Origin: Eledone cirrhosa
Taxonomy: Eukaryota
Assembly: GCA_964016885.1 (NCBI GenBank)
Contig: OZ024740.1
Span: 89,032,001 to 89,096,000, forward strand
DNA: 64,000 nt
Direction: 5' to 3'
The first letter of the stretch is position 1. Every line of letters begins with the position of its first letter. A program made the position numbers and the translations under genes. Under the pieces are notes generated by a model that searched no databases, was not told where the DNA came from, and worked only from the letters and a program-made list of their open reading frames with translations. Positions 26,096 to 38,816 of the stretch are shown piece after piece.

Positions 26096-27442
26096 AATTA
26101 ACTGATAATTATCAATAATGTTAAAACGTGCTATGGCCATACTCTATAACGAGGGAGCAGCCATCATCATGTATGTTTGCGTGGATGGATGGATAAATTG
26201 ATGTATTATATACGTGTCTATATACCTATGCACGCATATAATCAAATAAGGAGTATGTATGCTCAACAATCGAATTAATCCTAACGACTTATACCATGGG
26301 TGTTGGCGATATTTTATGAACCCGGTTACAAACAACCACTAAGGGATATTAAATAAAGAACCATCGTAGCTTGTTCATATTATAAAATTGGTCAATACAA
26401 TGATGTCGAAATTAAATAAAGCCGATCGAATCATCTGGAATGAGAGTCAACATGTCTACAAATATATTATATATCACTGCTTTGTATAAATATAATATTT
26501 AAAAGAAATATATAAAATTAAGCTAAAACGATAATAAACATATTTCTCCAGAGTTTATTTTTATTGATAACTAATACTATTTCTATATATTCTTTTTCAT
26601 ATTTTCTGTCATAAAAAGATTCAAATGGAAATCTCATTCAATAATTTCGTTTGTTCGAAAATGTCTTAAAATACATCAATTTCGATCTTTAATAATATTT
26701 CTTCAAATCTAGTAGTGAGTTAAAAGTACGTATGATCATCTTGGTGTTTGTTAAATAAGACCATATAATATCCTATGTGGAAAACGTATTAATTTTTGAA
26801 AAAATGTTTCTTAGTCGTGATAAAAGAAATCTTTTTAATTGTTGTTTAAAGATATTGTTGGTGAATAAGGCGTATATTTTGTTAGAATTCATTATTGGGA
26901 GAAACGATAATATAATATTGTTTAACATCTGCACAAGATAACATATCTATGGGGAGGAAAATAATCAATGTTGAACTTGGAGAGAGTTTTTGATCTACGA
27001 AGCATTATATCAGGTACCGCAATGATGTGGCTAATCCACTTTCCTCATCAAGCTTGTATTGATACATCGATTAAAATATCCCATTTGTGAAGGAAGCCAA
27101 GAGTTATGATTTAGATTAATTTATTATTGTTTGCAAATTTAATAAGAAATTGCAGTAGTTTACAACGATTTTAATACAAGTAGTAGAAGCACCGGGAAAA
27201 TATTTATTTTGAATTAGATATTGTTTTTCCTGTGTCTATTTATGTGAAGTTTGAAAGCAATCAAGACTAAGTAGATAAGAGGTTCGCTTCATAATCATCA
27301 GGACTCGCAGGTAGTTCTGATGATTGTGAGGCATCATATGAGTGATTTAACCTGAATCTCGATTCGAGCCTGATTGTGTGAATAACATTATTTAGTCAAA
27401 AAGTGCGTGGGTGATCATCGTATACATTGTACCTCTACTTCA

Positions 27443-27632
27443 AATAATTGTTTCTACTTTAGGCACAAGGCCAGCGATTACCCAGTACATTACTGGTAGT
27501 TTATTTTATCGACCCCGTAAGGATGAAAGGCAAAGTTAACCTCGACGGGATTTGAACTCAGACCGTAAAGGGACGTAACTATGCTGGAAAGCATGGCGTC
27601 TGACTCTCTACCGATACTGCCAATCCACCGCC
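27443..27632 (-). mobile_element. tRNA-derived SINE
   Basis: Reverse complement of the 7388 family, near full length. Confidence 0.85.
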
Positions 27633-28819
27633 CTACTTCAAATAATGCATATACGTCACATATTGTGACACGCTTATTTGAGTTGGAAATTGCGATACGA
27701 GTAGGTGTGTCTGTTGACTATATAAATACACACATGTCTGGAATTCGATGGGAGTCCATCATAATATTAATTTCATTTGAATCATTGCACATTACTAGCT
27801 GTATGTAATTAGAAGGTAGACGTTGCTAAATATTCACATTGGGCAATGAAGCTTAGACGTCAGATATCTTATGAATTTCTTAAAACGATTTCAAATTGAA
27901 TAGCTTTAATAGTGAACCGCTTTAATATATGAGGTAAATATATCGAATGAATAACAATGTCACTATATTATTGTTTTTATTAAATTAAGCTATCTTGACA
28001 TAATCTCTCGATATATAATACAGGGAATTCTAAATATTATACACATATTTCTGGCAACTTTCTCTCTGCTCCGTGTTTCCATTGTATCTAATTTGATTAC
28101 CATTCATGATAACCCTCACAAATATCATGAAATCGATTCACTAAATTATTAGTCACTTCATAAGGAACTTGTACGATGTCTGATTAAAAAATAACCTTAA
28201 ATATATATAATCTGCTTTCTTTTATCATTGGATTCATGAGTATATGATACAATTCTACATATGGATATTTTTGAAGATGGGAATATACCAAATATTTCTT
28301 TAAAAGTTTATATCTAAAGATGAATATATATCTTATCATAGAAAAATAGTTTTAAAATATTTCGTTTTATGTATGGATTTAAATCTCTGTACATGAAAAA
28401 AGAAAATGGTTGTAAGAAATCAATGATCATCATTACAATTTGGTTTCCATTCAATAGAAGATTTAATGCTTACATAACACGATATTACATGTCTCTTTGT
28501 TTGCATTCATTGTGTATATATGATTTCAGCTTTGTCTTTAAATACACATCGCTACATAGATAAGCCCAATAATATAAAACGCTAAGCATACATACTTAAA
28601 TACTGATATATTGATATGATTATATAAATAATACACAAGAACACAAAAAGATATACATTTATGGGCGCATATAAGCATTTCTCTGTACAGAAGAAAAGGT
28701 AAACTATATTATTGAAATGAAATTCATATATTCTAATCCAGATACGAAAACTTTATGCTCTCTTCTAAAAATTTTTCGAAGAACTACAATATTTGTCTTT
28801 GATTTGAATGATAACTTTT

Positions 28820-29170
28820 GATTAATATTTTCTCATAAAATGTTTTGTTTGGTTTTTGAACGAACCATGATAGGAAGTTATTTGAATGGAAATGTACACT
28901 ATATCAGTATTAACTGGTTCCCTGAAAAAAGAATGGGAATAACAAATGTTAGCATCATGAAAATCACCAGATACCACAAATTTATCGGAATAAACCAGGA
29001 AATAAGAGGTAGTTGGGCTTGCCAACCTGGAATAAAAGTGTAAATTTGATAGATGCTTCGACAAACTGCTACAAAGTATGTGTAGTGGGATAGTCAATAC
29101 TTAGATATATTTCATTCCAAAAGTGGAGATACATTATTAATATAAACTCATAATACACCATTCGTAAAAT
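28820..29170 (-). pseudogene. Possible decayed CR1/L2-like APE endonuclease fragment
   Basis: FVVSGDFHDANI resembles the GDFNxPxI motif; single motif only. Confidence 0.3.
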
Positions 29171-29310
29171 GATTCTAAAACAAGGTCACTTATATGTCCA
29201 ATCCAGAGATATTTTCTTTGGAGCAATATCCTAAATAAACAGCCAAATATATATTCATACACATATAAAAATGTAAATGTATATACATATGTATGTGTGT
29301 GTGCGTGTAT

Positions 29311-29387
<77 letters not shown>

Positions 29388-29822
29388 ATGCCATTTCCCA
29401 ACATTCATTCCAGAACCCCACCTCTTGGCTCTATCCACCCCAACTCACATGGTGACATAACATTTCTTAGTTTAGCTGTTTGCGATTGTATCATTATGTC
29501 ATCGTACATGTAGCTTAGGTTATATAAGGCAATGATCATATTCACTACGATTTCTTTACGATCCTTTATGAGTGCTTCTACGTGTGTGTTTATTTATGTA
29601 TACGCAAATTTCAAACACATACCTACGTTGGTTAATTCACTCGAGCGTGTTCACTCACACCTCGACGTTCTCATAGCTGTCATCCTCGTCACAAAAAACA
29701 TACGAGAATTTCTCCAAAGGAGCTGAGCTGAATACGCACGTATTGTTACTAAAAAATTGTTTTCCGTTTCGTCTTCTTCACACACTTTAATGTTCGCTTT
29801 CCATATTTTCTTTTTCATTTCA

Positions 29823-29858
29823 TTTTCTGATGAAAGACGAGAGTCCGAAACGTTAAAA
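29823..29858 (+). ncRNA. Minimal hammerhead ribozyme
   Basis: TTTT-CTGATGA-AA-GAC GAGA GTC-C-GAAA-CG-TT-AAAA; GNRA loop, palindromic AACGTT stem III. Confidence 0.7.
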
Positions 29859-30104
29859 CTATTTTAAACGTTAAAGTTACAATATATTCTTCATTTGTAT
29901 TTCCGTTGAAAGATATCGGTGGCATGCAGACTGGCAGGTTTATGCGTGGGGAACGTTTTATCCTACACAGACCCCTTAGCTATTTATTGCGCCTCGGAGG
30001 GCAACATTCTATACGCAAACCTTTTGATAATTCCTGACCAAACATGACTTTTACACTCACACATACACATATTCCCTCTCTTTCTCTATCACACACACAC
30101 ACAT

Positions 30105-30139
<35 letters not shown>

Positions 30140-30141
<2 letters not shown>

Positions 30142-30312
30142 CTTTATTTCATGTTGCTCCAGTTTACTCAGCTGAAAATGAGTACCAGCAATAGTTGGAG
30201 GTTTAAATCTGCGATCGACTGGCGTCCTGTCCAGTGGAGTCTTGTGCTCTCAGTCGCTTCACACCATGAAACCGGGATAAGCACCGGGAAAAGGAGCATT
30301 CTGGCTTAAGAC

Positions 30313-30320
<8 letters not shown>
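30140..30320 (+). mobile_element. SINE 3' fragment (family of 9536)
   Basis: cagctgaaaatgagtaccagcaatagttgg...catgaaaccgggataagc...agacagacttta shared with 9660-9785. Confidence 0.75.
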
Positions 30321-30363
<43 letters not shown>

Positions 30364-30616
30364 TCGTACTTATGTATAATATACATATATATATTTCGTT
30401 TCTGAATTTGTTTAGCAAGATTCTTTATCTGAAATCGTGTGTTGAAACCGATATTGTTATACTTTGGGAGGGTCATGTTGCCAATAAGAAACACACGCAC
30501 CAGTTGCTTTCACTTCAATTTATTATATATCTATAAATTTATAAATTTACAAATCTACAAATTTATAAATTTCTCGTTTGTTGGTTGGTTCCATAACCAG
30601 ATAGTTGTTTATATAT

Positions 30617-30661
30617 AGTCATAGTCCTTTCGTCACACACTCTGTGACCTCTTCAGTGACC
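30617..30661 (-). ncRNA. Minimal hammerhead ribozyme (family A pLTR)
   Basis: Reverse complement of 22461-22505 with one stem I substitution. Confidence 0.8.
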
Positions 30662-31132
30662 GGGGATTCCTTTCTTTGTTTCTGTGCCTTTCCTTTCTTC
30701 TGTCCTACGCCATTTTGTTTCTGTGTGTGTGTTGTGTGCTCAGTTTGCGCATGCGCCACATCCGGGTGTCTGTGTGTGTTTGTGTTCATTTATCTATTTG
30801 TTTATTTATTTATTTACATGTTGGAAAAACTGTAATATTATTCCGTAATGCCTACAATATATAATTTCATGTATCTGCGACTCTCAATATCAGAATAATG
30901 TTCCGTTATTGCTAGTGATGCTAAGGACAAAATGAAAACACACACACAAATAGAACAAACAACCAACCAACAACATGTAAATAAATAAATAAACAAATAG
31001 ATAAATGAACACAATCAGACACAGACACCCGGATGTGGCGCATGCGCAAACTGAGCACACAACACACACACAGAAACAAAATGGCGTAGGACAGAAGAAA
31101 GGAAAGGCACAGAAACAAAGAAAGGAATCCCC

Positions 31133-31177
31133 AGTCACTGAAGAGGTCACAGAGTGTGTGACGAAAGGACTATGACT
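31133..31177 (+). ncRNA. Minimal hammerhead ribozyme (family A pLTR)
   Basis: Identical to 22461-22505. Confidence 0.82.
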
Positions 31178-32256
31178 ATATATAAACAACTATCTGGTTG
31201 TGGAACCAACCAACCAACCAGAAATTTATAAGTTTGTAGATTTGTAAATTTATAAATTTATAGATATATAATAAATTGAAGTGAAAGCATCTGGTGCGTG
31301 TGTTTCTTATTGGCAACATGACCCTCCCAAAGTATAACAATACATATATATATATATATAAGGAAAAAGGATGAAATCGAAAATGCAACTGGTGTTTTTC
31401 TTTATAAAAATATATATTTCTTTGGTTCCTTTACCGGTTTCGCATATATATATATATATAATTGCTGTAATTCCCCTTCTTAAAGTTTCAAAACATATAT
31501 ACGTATATCATTCTAATCTTATTTTTAAATGTAAATTATAATTTTAATAATTTTTATTTCTTTATTTGTATTTCTTAAATTTTTATTTCTTAAAAAAAAT
31601 TACTTATCTCTTATAAATTATTATTTAAAAACATTCTCAAATTTTTCAATATTTTTTTCACTATGTTGTCAATATTTTTTCAAAACTTTATCAATATTTT
31701 CCAATATTTTTCAATATTTTTCAATAGATTTATAGCCACCAACTGATTCTGGCTAAATGTATCTTTCAACATCTATACTTATTTTGATTAAATCGTCTCA
31801 CACTAACGAATAAATAAATTAAACCGGAGTTTTTTCCGTATCTTCCTATTTTAAATCATATAAATATAGATATTCTTATTAACTCAGTTAATGTAATTTA
31901 ATTTAACTTAATATTTATTTACATTAAATACAAAACAAATATCCCCCATAACTCATTAGAACAATTATCTATAACATGATATACCGATCTATTTATTTAT
32001 TTATTTTATTTATTTATTTATTTATTTAATTATGTATTTATTTATTTATTTATCTACTTATAACAGAAGAAAAATATTATATTATAAACAAATTTTAAAC
32101 AACTAATAATCTTAAATACACGTACTATTAAGATATATACTTAGAATATATTTCCCTCAAATTAACGTTATATGAGGTTTTATTCATCTTCTCTTGTTTC
32201 TTTCTTCTCTCTCTCGCAATATTTTATCCTTCTTCTCTTATCACTTCTCTCTACCT

Positions 32257-32318
<62 letters not shown>

Positions 32319-32480
32319 GTCGTTTAAATAAACAATTGTTTTTCAATTGTTTGCATATTCATTTGCATATTCACACATAAGTTTGAAAAATCCCGAATAT
32401 ATTTTCACTATCCAGTGAATATCCAACCGATAAGGTATCATTTTCATGGGTATGTCTCTATTTATAAAACAAACTTTGTA

Positions 32481-32540
32481 TTTTATCTGATGAAAGCGTA
32501 CCATCGCGTCTTGGTACCCTTGAAATATATATAATAAAAT
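32481..32540 (+). ncRNA. Hammerhead motif in solo pLTR remnant (second copy 47025-47080)
   Basis: CTGATGA-AAGCGTACCA tcgcgtct TGGTACCCTT-GAAA-TATATA; flanks 32450-32590 match 47000-47130. Confidence 0.6.
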
Positions 32541-33359
32541 AAATATGGTTTTATAAATATAGTTTCCATTTATTTAATATCATTGTATATATATACCTAT
32601 ATCCCTCCCTCCTCCTTCATTCCTTTTCTATTTCCTTTCGTTTTCTTCCTTTCTTCTCTCCCTTTTTTGCTATCCTTTCTTTTCTTCTTTCTCCTCCCCC
32701 CTTCTTTATTTTTATTTTTATTTTTTTATATATATATTTACCTCTCTATCTCTCCCCCACCCCACTCCCTCTCTCTCTCTCTTTCTCTCAATCCCTCCCA
32801 CTATAAACAATTATATCTCTTTAACTCCCTACACTGTAAATCGACGACATGAAGTCTATGAATCAAAACTGATCGAGGAATCCTTCCACCTCTACCCCTC
32901 CCTCCATCTCAGTTTGTCACTCTACTTCCTAATTCTTGTACCCCTTCCTCTCTCTCTATACTATTCCGTTTGTCAATCTACTTTCTAATTCCTCTTCCTC
33001 TCTCTCTATACTAGTAAATACAATTCCAAAAAAATGTTTTTCTATATATTAAGAACTTTTTAAGAGTAACTTACTCACTATTTTGAAAATTTGGACGTGA
33101 ACAACAATTATTATTGAGTGGTTGCTATTTGCAGTATAGCAATATAAGGTTGCCATTACAAATGAAACGGTCGTAAATACGTGGATAAAATCCTTTTTTT
33201 TTAATGCTTACCTATGTTCTCTCTTTTTTCCTTTATACTCCAAGATTGAACGTGATTCTTACAAAGTTGTGGAGTTATCCCTAACCGTACGTTGAAACCA
33301 CCCATGCAACTGGCTTTCTTAACCACGAACTGGATTACGATAAGCAATTGTCTGCTTCC

Positions 33360-33407
<48 letters not shown>

Positions 33408-34708
33408 ATATATATTATACATAAGTAAATTCGTCACAAATTTACATAACATCTCAATCGAAAGAGATCGCTAACAAAATCTCATTCAGTGATGAAAATA
33501 CTTCTAGAAAATCTTTTAGAAATTTACTGAGTTCTAGATCCCAATATAGTCATCTAAAAACAACACTACACAAGTAACTTTTTTAATCTAGAAGACTTGA
33601 CTTACTGCAGTTTCCAAGCAAAAAAATAACGCTGACCATTAAAATAAATTGCGATGTCTAGCGTTAAGTTAACCAAAAAGCTTTTCGTCAGAGGAATTCT
33701 GTAAAATATAAGAAAATATATAAATACCCGCTAAGGCAAATGAGTCCATTCTCATCAAACCAGCATGGTTAAAAAAATATAGCAATATTGCAAGCATGCG
33801 TAAATCTACTAACAGGGTGATTATTTGTATATAAGACAAAGGGAAGAGTCTAAATGGACACTTTTCTATCTACTTGCCTTTTAGGGAGCAGCAAATACTA
33901 TATATAAAGAAGTTTGTCAGGGATATACATAACATTTCTATGAAAAGATATCGCTACAAGACTCTCATGCAAAAAGCAAATACATGTAGACATAATATAC
34001 AAAATCACTGAGGGATCCATTCCGAGAATATTAGATATTATATTGGTTAAGTTACTAAGGATTTATATATCTAGAAGCCGGTGTATGCGAGTATTTATCT
34101 TTATGTGTGTGTCTGTGTTTGTGTGTGCACTAATCTATCAATATTATATTTTTGTATGTATTTTCCCGTTTCAAACTGAACGTTTTTCTTCTATGCATAA
34201 CAGGCACATCAAATAATTCATATTTACAATCACACAACTTTTCATACACACAATATGAGCCTTGGGATTTTACATTTCCCTAATGTTGACGAACGACCAT
34301 AAAATATTTAACAAACCATAATCATGACTATAAACATGCATCAAGGGTTTTGTTTTGCTTTGCTAAACTTGGCAGTGATTTATTCTCATTTGAAAACTTC
34401 CTTCGAAAATTGTAGTACATAGATGTTTCACAGGACAGTGTATGATAAGCTCCCCTCACCCACCAAAATAGCAGGAGCAAATCAACCAAATGTTTAAAAA
34501 AAAAAGATATTTCACCCTTAGTACATTTTTACTCTTAAAATGGAAATAAAAAAAATCCAGGAAATCAGGAAATGAATCTAACAAAAGAAAGAAAAACAAC
34601 AACATGAACAAAAAGGGGAATAAACAATAAACCATATATTTTAGAATATTTATATTATAGATTTTAATATTAGAGTTGCATACATATATATACGTATGAA
34701 CACATGCA

Positions 34709-34782
<74 letters not shown>

Positions 34783-34836
34783 TTATATATATATTTTATG
34801 TATATATTTTATATATATATATATATTTTATAATAA

Positions 34837-34920
<84 letters not shown>

Positions 34921-35599
34921 AAAAGTGGGCATAATAAATAAAACATAAATGTACAAATAAACTAGATGTTCGATTACACGCTTGTGAATCGTTTATAGAG
35001 AAAAATTAAATAAAAAGCCCTGTAGAAGCAATCGACTGTGAATAACAAATTTCTCGAGTTTTTCTGTTTCAAAGGAAACAATTCATCTCTATGATTCTAA
35101 AAGAAAATAGTCCGTGTTAGAAGAATTAAGATAAACGTCACACCCGCCTATTGCCAACACGAGGAAAAAAATCGATTGATTGTATTGGCAGGGGATTTCG
35201 TGAGGAACTGATTGATTGCTTTGTAATTGAGCAGTTAAGAAGGATGACCGTACTATGTTCAGATTTAATTAGTGATATTCATTTTACGACATACTTTGTA
35301 GTTGCACAGAAACAGCTAGCACCACAAAGCAGCATCAACCGCAGAAGTGCAACCATTAACAGAAGCGGCAACATCATAAACAGTAATTACGTCAAAGAAA
35401 GTCACAAAATGTTATTAAAAGAACACACCAAAATAAAACCCCCAAAAATATTAACAACAGAAATGGTAATATTAATAATGATAATAATAATTATTATTAT
35501 TGTTTTTATTATTATTATTATTAGTAGTAGTAGTAATATTTCTTTACTGGTGACAATGGCCAGAACATGTAGAAAACTACAAAAATAGGGACAGTGTAA

Positions 35600-38010
35600 A
35601 AAATGAATAACAAAAGATATAACATGAAATTCCCCAATAGTGGGGAATACCACCCAGGAGTAATTTAAGAAATCCATCAATCCAAACAAACAAACTCCCC
35701 ATGGGCAGTCTATGAGGGCATCCCTATTTTCCCTCATCCATTCAACCCCCAGGAGCATGGTCTCAGTGGGCATATCCACTCGGGCAATCCTCGCTATTTT
35801 ACTCACCTTTTACAACACTTACTCTCCATTAACGTCATCTAGTAAAACTTGAAAAAATTGATGAGGGATTTGCCAGTCCTTACAGTTAGTTGAACCACAA
35901 AACTTCTTTTTCCACAGCCATCAGGCAAATGAGAGCGGCCTGCCATTCGCAGTCAAAAGAAAGTGTTTGTGCAACCTTCAAGATGGTCTCCATCGAAAGC
36001 CGAATACGCTCTACACGCGAAAATAGCTATTCGACAAAACTTCCACAAGCCAGTAATGCAGGAAAACTGAAGGAGTGTGTGCAGAAAATTTTCGTTGCAC
36101 TGTGTGCTTCACGGTAAGGCTCGCTTGACTGCACTTCCGTTCCTGTAGAGTTTATCTTGTATTGGCAAGGCTCACGAGAGCACTGCAAAGTAAGCGATTT
36201 CTAGAAGTTGTCCATAATCTCCGGCTCAAAAGTTCATCAAAATAGACTGGTCAATTCAATTTCATGGAAGCCTTGAGCCCCTCCGACAACGTTTTCGTAA
36301 TTGCCCACCACTAGGCCTATATAGAACTATAGAGGAAAATTTCGACTGCCCGCGTAATCTAGAACGGTTCCGAGAGAAGGCGTTTGTCTTTTGTCACAGA
36401 ACACATGCCGTTGCGCATTACAGCGAGACAATCTTTCAAGATTGAAACTAAACCGGCTGTCTTGACGACAGTGTGTGTCTACGTATCGATGTCCCACCAT
36501 ATCGAAAGTATTCAATCGATCCACATTCATCAGAGCCTAACGGAAGCCAAGACTAGTCCCTAACCTCTGTATGGCGTATCGTATTAGCTGGAGGTTGTCA
36601 TGAATGGACCTCGTCGGTTGGGATTGCGTACCTCTGCGCTACCCCACCATCCCCGTAGTCAGCACCTGTGATCATACCTTAAAACCCTTCTGTTATCAGA
36701 ATTACCGGTCGAGAATTATCAATGACGTCTCTCTTACTGTTGCCTTCCTCATCAGTATTACTAGGGTCTGACGCACATAACTGGACATTATCCCGTATTG
36801 TTGCCATTTACAGTTGACGGCTTCGATGTATTGGGAATATAAGTTGACTTCTCGGTTGCAGTCTTCGACGTTTCGTTGTGCTAGGCATCAGCCAACGAAA
36901 CTTACGGTAGACCGTCGATATAGGAACTGATGTTCACCACCGTCTCCGACACTCCACTCTCTGCGAACAGTCGTACATAGGTCTGGCGAAAAGCCGCTCA
37001 CATCTAACTGGAATCGACCTGCATGCACTCGTCTCAGTTCGCCAAAAGCCGATTTGTTGTTTTGTTACCACGCTGCCCTTCTGCCACGCGGGCCCATCGA
37101 GCAACTTCCGTACCTTCATAACATAGAACAAGCGCGTCAACTCTGACAATGCAACTTCTTTTTTCTTCGTGTTTCTCATTGCTTTTCTCGCTGTTGTTAT
37201 TCAACTTCTAATCGCCTATTCTGATTTAGCTACTAGCTCCACCACTTTTCTATTTTTTCTATTGCTACTTCTTTACTATAAGGTATTAATTCAGCTCTAA
37301 GCTCTCTCCTGAGAAGGCCCCACCACATGTTATAGATAACACCCCTATCAACTCTCTCTTAACTAATATCATGACCTGGTCACTGTGGGTTTTACGCACC
37401 GGGAATGACGCGCTAAGATTCCAGGAACTGGGACACTATGTAGTAGTTCAATGTACATCGACAATGTTACTCATGAACATGGGGTCTGAATAGGCGACCG
37501 TTTGGAATTGGGGAGAGCCTATATTTTCCCATCTCCTAACCTAATGAGAAACCTATCTATATAAGATCTAGGTGAAATTATGCGTATGGTCCAGGGCCAC
37601 ACAGGCACATTCTGAAATCTAGTCGGTACCTGTCAGACAGTCGGAACATACTGATTAGACACCCTGCTTCTAGCTGCTAATACCATACAATTGCAGCGTG
37701 CCTCCACGTTGCTGTTCCAGTCACCATTTCACAATATAGGGTGAGACCTGTCGAAAGGCACTACCATCACCATTGCTCACGTCCAGGACCAGAAACATAA
37801 CGACAAAAATATAAGAAGATCGTCTCCAATATTTTTATTCCACTTCCACGCCGAGTCCCATCCTAGGTTGCCTAAGAGTTACGATGATTTCATTCTCATC
37901 AAAATTTGGGCCATTGCACGCATGTCGAAAATCCTAAGTTTGCGACGGCCATCACGTCCATAGCTAGCTACCTCAGATCGTTCAGCAAGCGATCGTCCAT
38001 GGCCACCCCA
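35600..38010 (-). mobile_element. Decayed L1-clade (Tx1-like) LINE
   Basis: Minus-strand RSIHDNLQLIRYAI (~36570-36612) and ALMNVDRLNTFDMVGHRY (~36480-36540) resemble Tx1 RT GRSIxDN and LDQxKAFDRVxHxY; outer boundaries inferred from GC content. Confidence 0.6.
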
Positions 38011-38030
38011 AGCCATAAACATTTATGCAT

Positions 38031-38708
38031 TATCTATCTATATACTACAAAAACTCCGTGATTGTGTGTTTGTCTGTAACGTAATACAGCCAGAATGGCG
38101 CATAATCGGAACATACTTTGAAAGGGATTTGCCCCTGAAATGGCAATACAAATGGAATAAAACATGATTTGTTTGAATGGGAGCATGCGTTCCCGAGATG
38201 TGGGATTTTCACGGGTACATTCATGAATAAAGAGAGGATGAGAGAGAGAAAGAGGTTGTGAGAGAATAGATTGAAAGAGAGACATAGAGAGACAATGAGA
38301 CAGGGAAGAAAAATGGAAGAGAGAGGGAGATAGCCAGTGGTGTTGTTGAAGGAAATTATAACAGGGGACTTCAAAGAATCGAATATAGCATTACTGTATC
38401 TCACTCGAATTTGGTGACTGATATTAAGCCATATATATCATATAACTTCTGTTAGGACAGGATGTGTGTAGTGAATATTTTCTTCTAAATGGGAAGGTTG
38501 TCTAAGTGTGTGTGTATATGTGTGTCTGTGGTCAGTATACATTCACACATACACATATATATATACGCAGTCCCACACGCACGCACACACATAAACACAC
38601 ACATATCTATATATATATGGGCCTTCCAATTTCATTTTACATTATATACATGTTTGTGTATATTTTAAATATTAGAAAATTATTTTTTAAGAGAGCATGA
38701 TTTAAAAA
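38031..38708 (+). mobile_element. Non-autonomous Helitron-like element, 3' end missing (family of 48938-49545)
   Basis: Starts TCTATCTATATACTACAAAAACTCCGTGATTGTGTG; colinear with 48938-49500. Confidence 0.6.
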
Positions 38709-38774
38709 ATGGATCACGGGAGGTCGAGTATACGTATATTCATACATATATATGTATACTAGACCTCCCGTGAT

Positions 38775-38778
<4 letters not shown>
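38709..38778. repeat. Small hairpin element with ~25-bp inverted repeats
   Basis: ATGGATCACGGGAGGTCGAGTATAC...GTATACTAGACCTCCCGTGATCCAT; one arm recurs at ~40698-40719. Confidence 0.8.

Positions 38779-38814
<36 letters not shown>

Positions 38815-38816
<2 letters not shown>

Larger units (their letters stand above)
30394..31341 (-). mobile_element. ORF-less family A derivative: two inverted pLTRs (30394-30823 and 30921-31341) around a ~97-bp spacer
   Basis: Both arms nearly identical to 22254-22726; HHRs at 30617-30661 (-) and 31133-31177 (+). Confidence 0.92.

Noticed and set aside
32350-32372. Tandem octamer-like TTTGCATATTCATTTGCATATTCA as an snRNA enhancer
   Set aside because: No snRNA coding sequence recognised nearby; likely part of a repeat remnant
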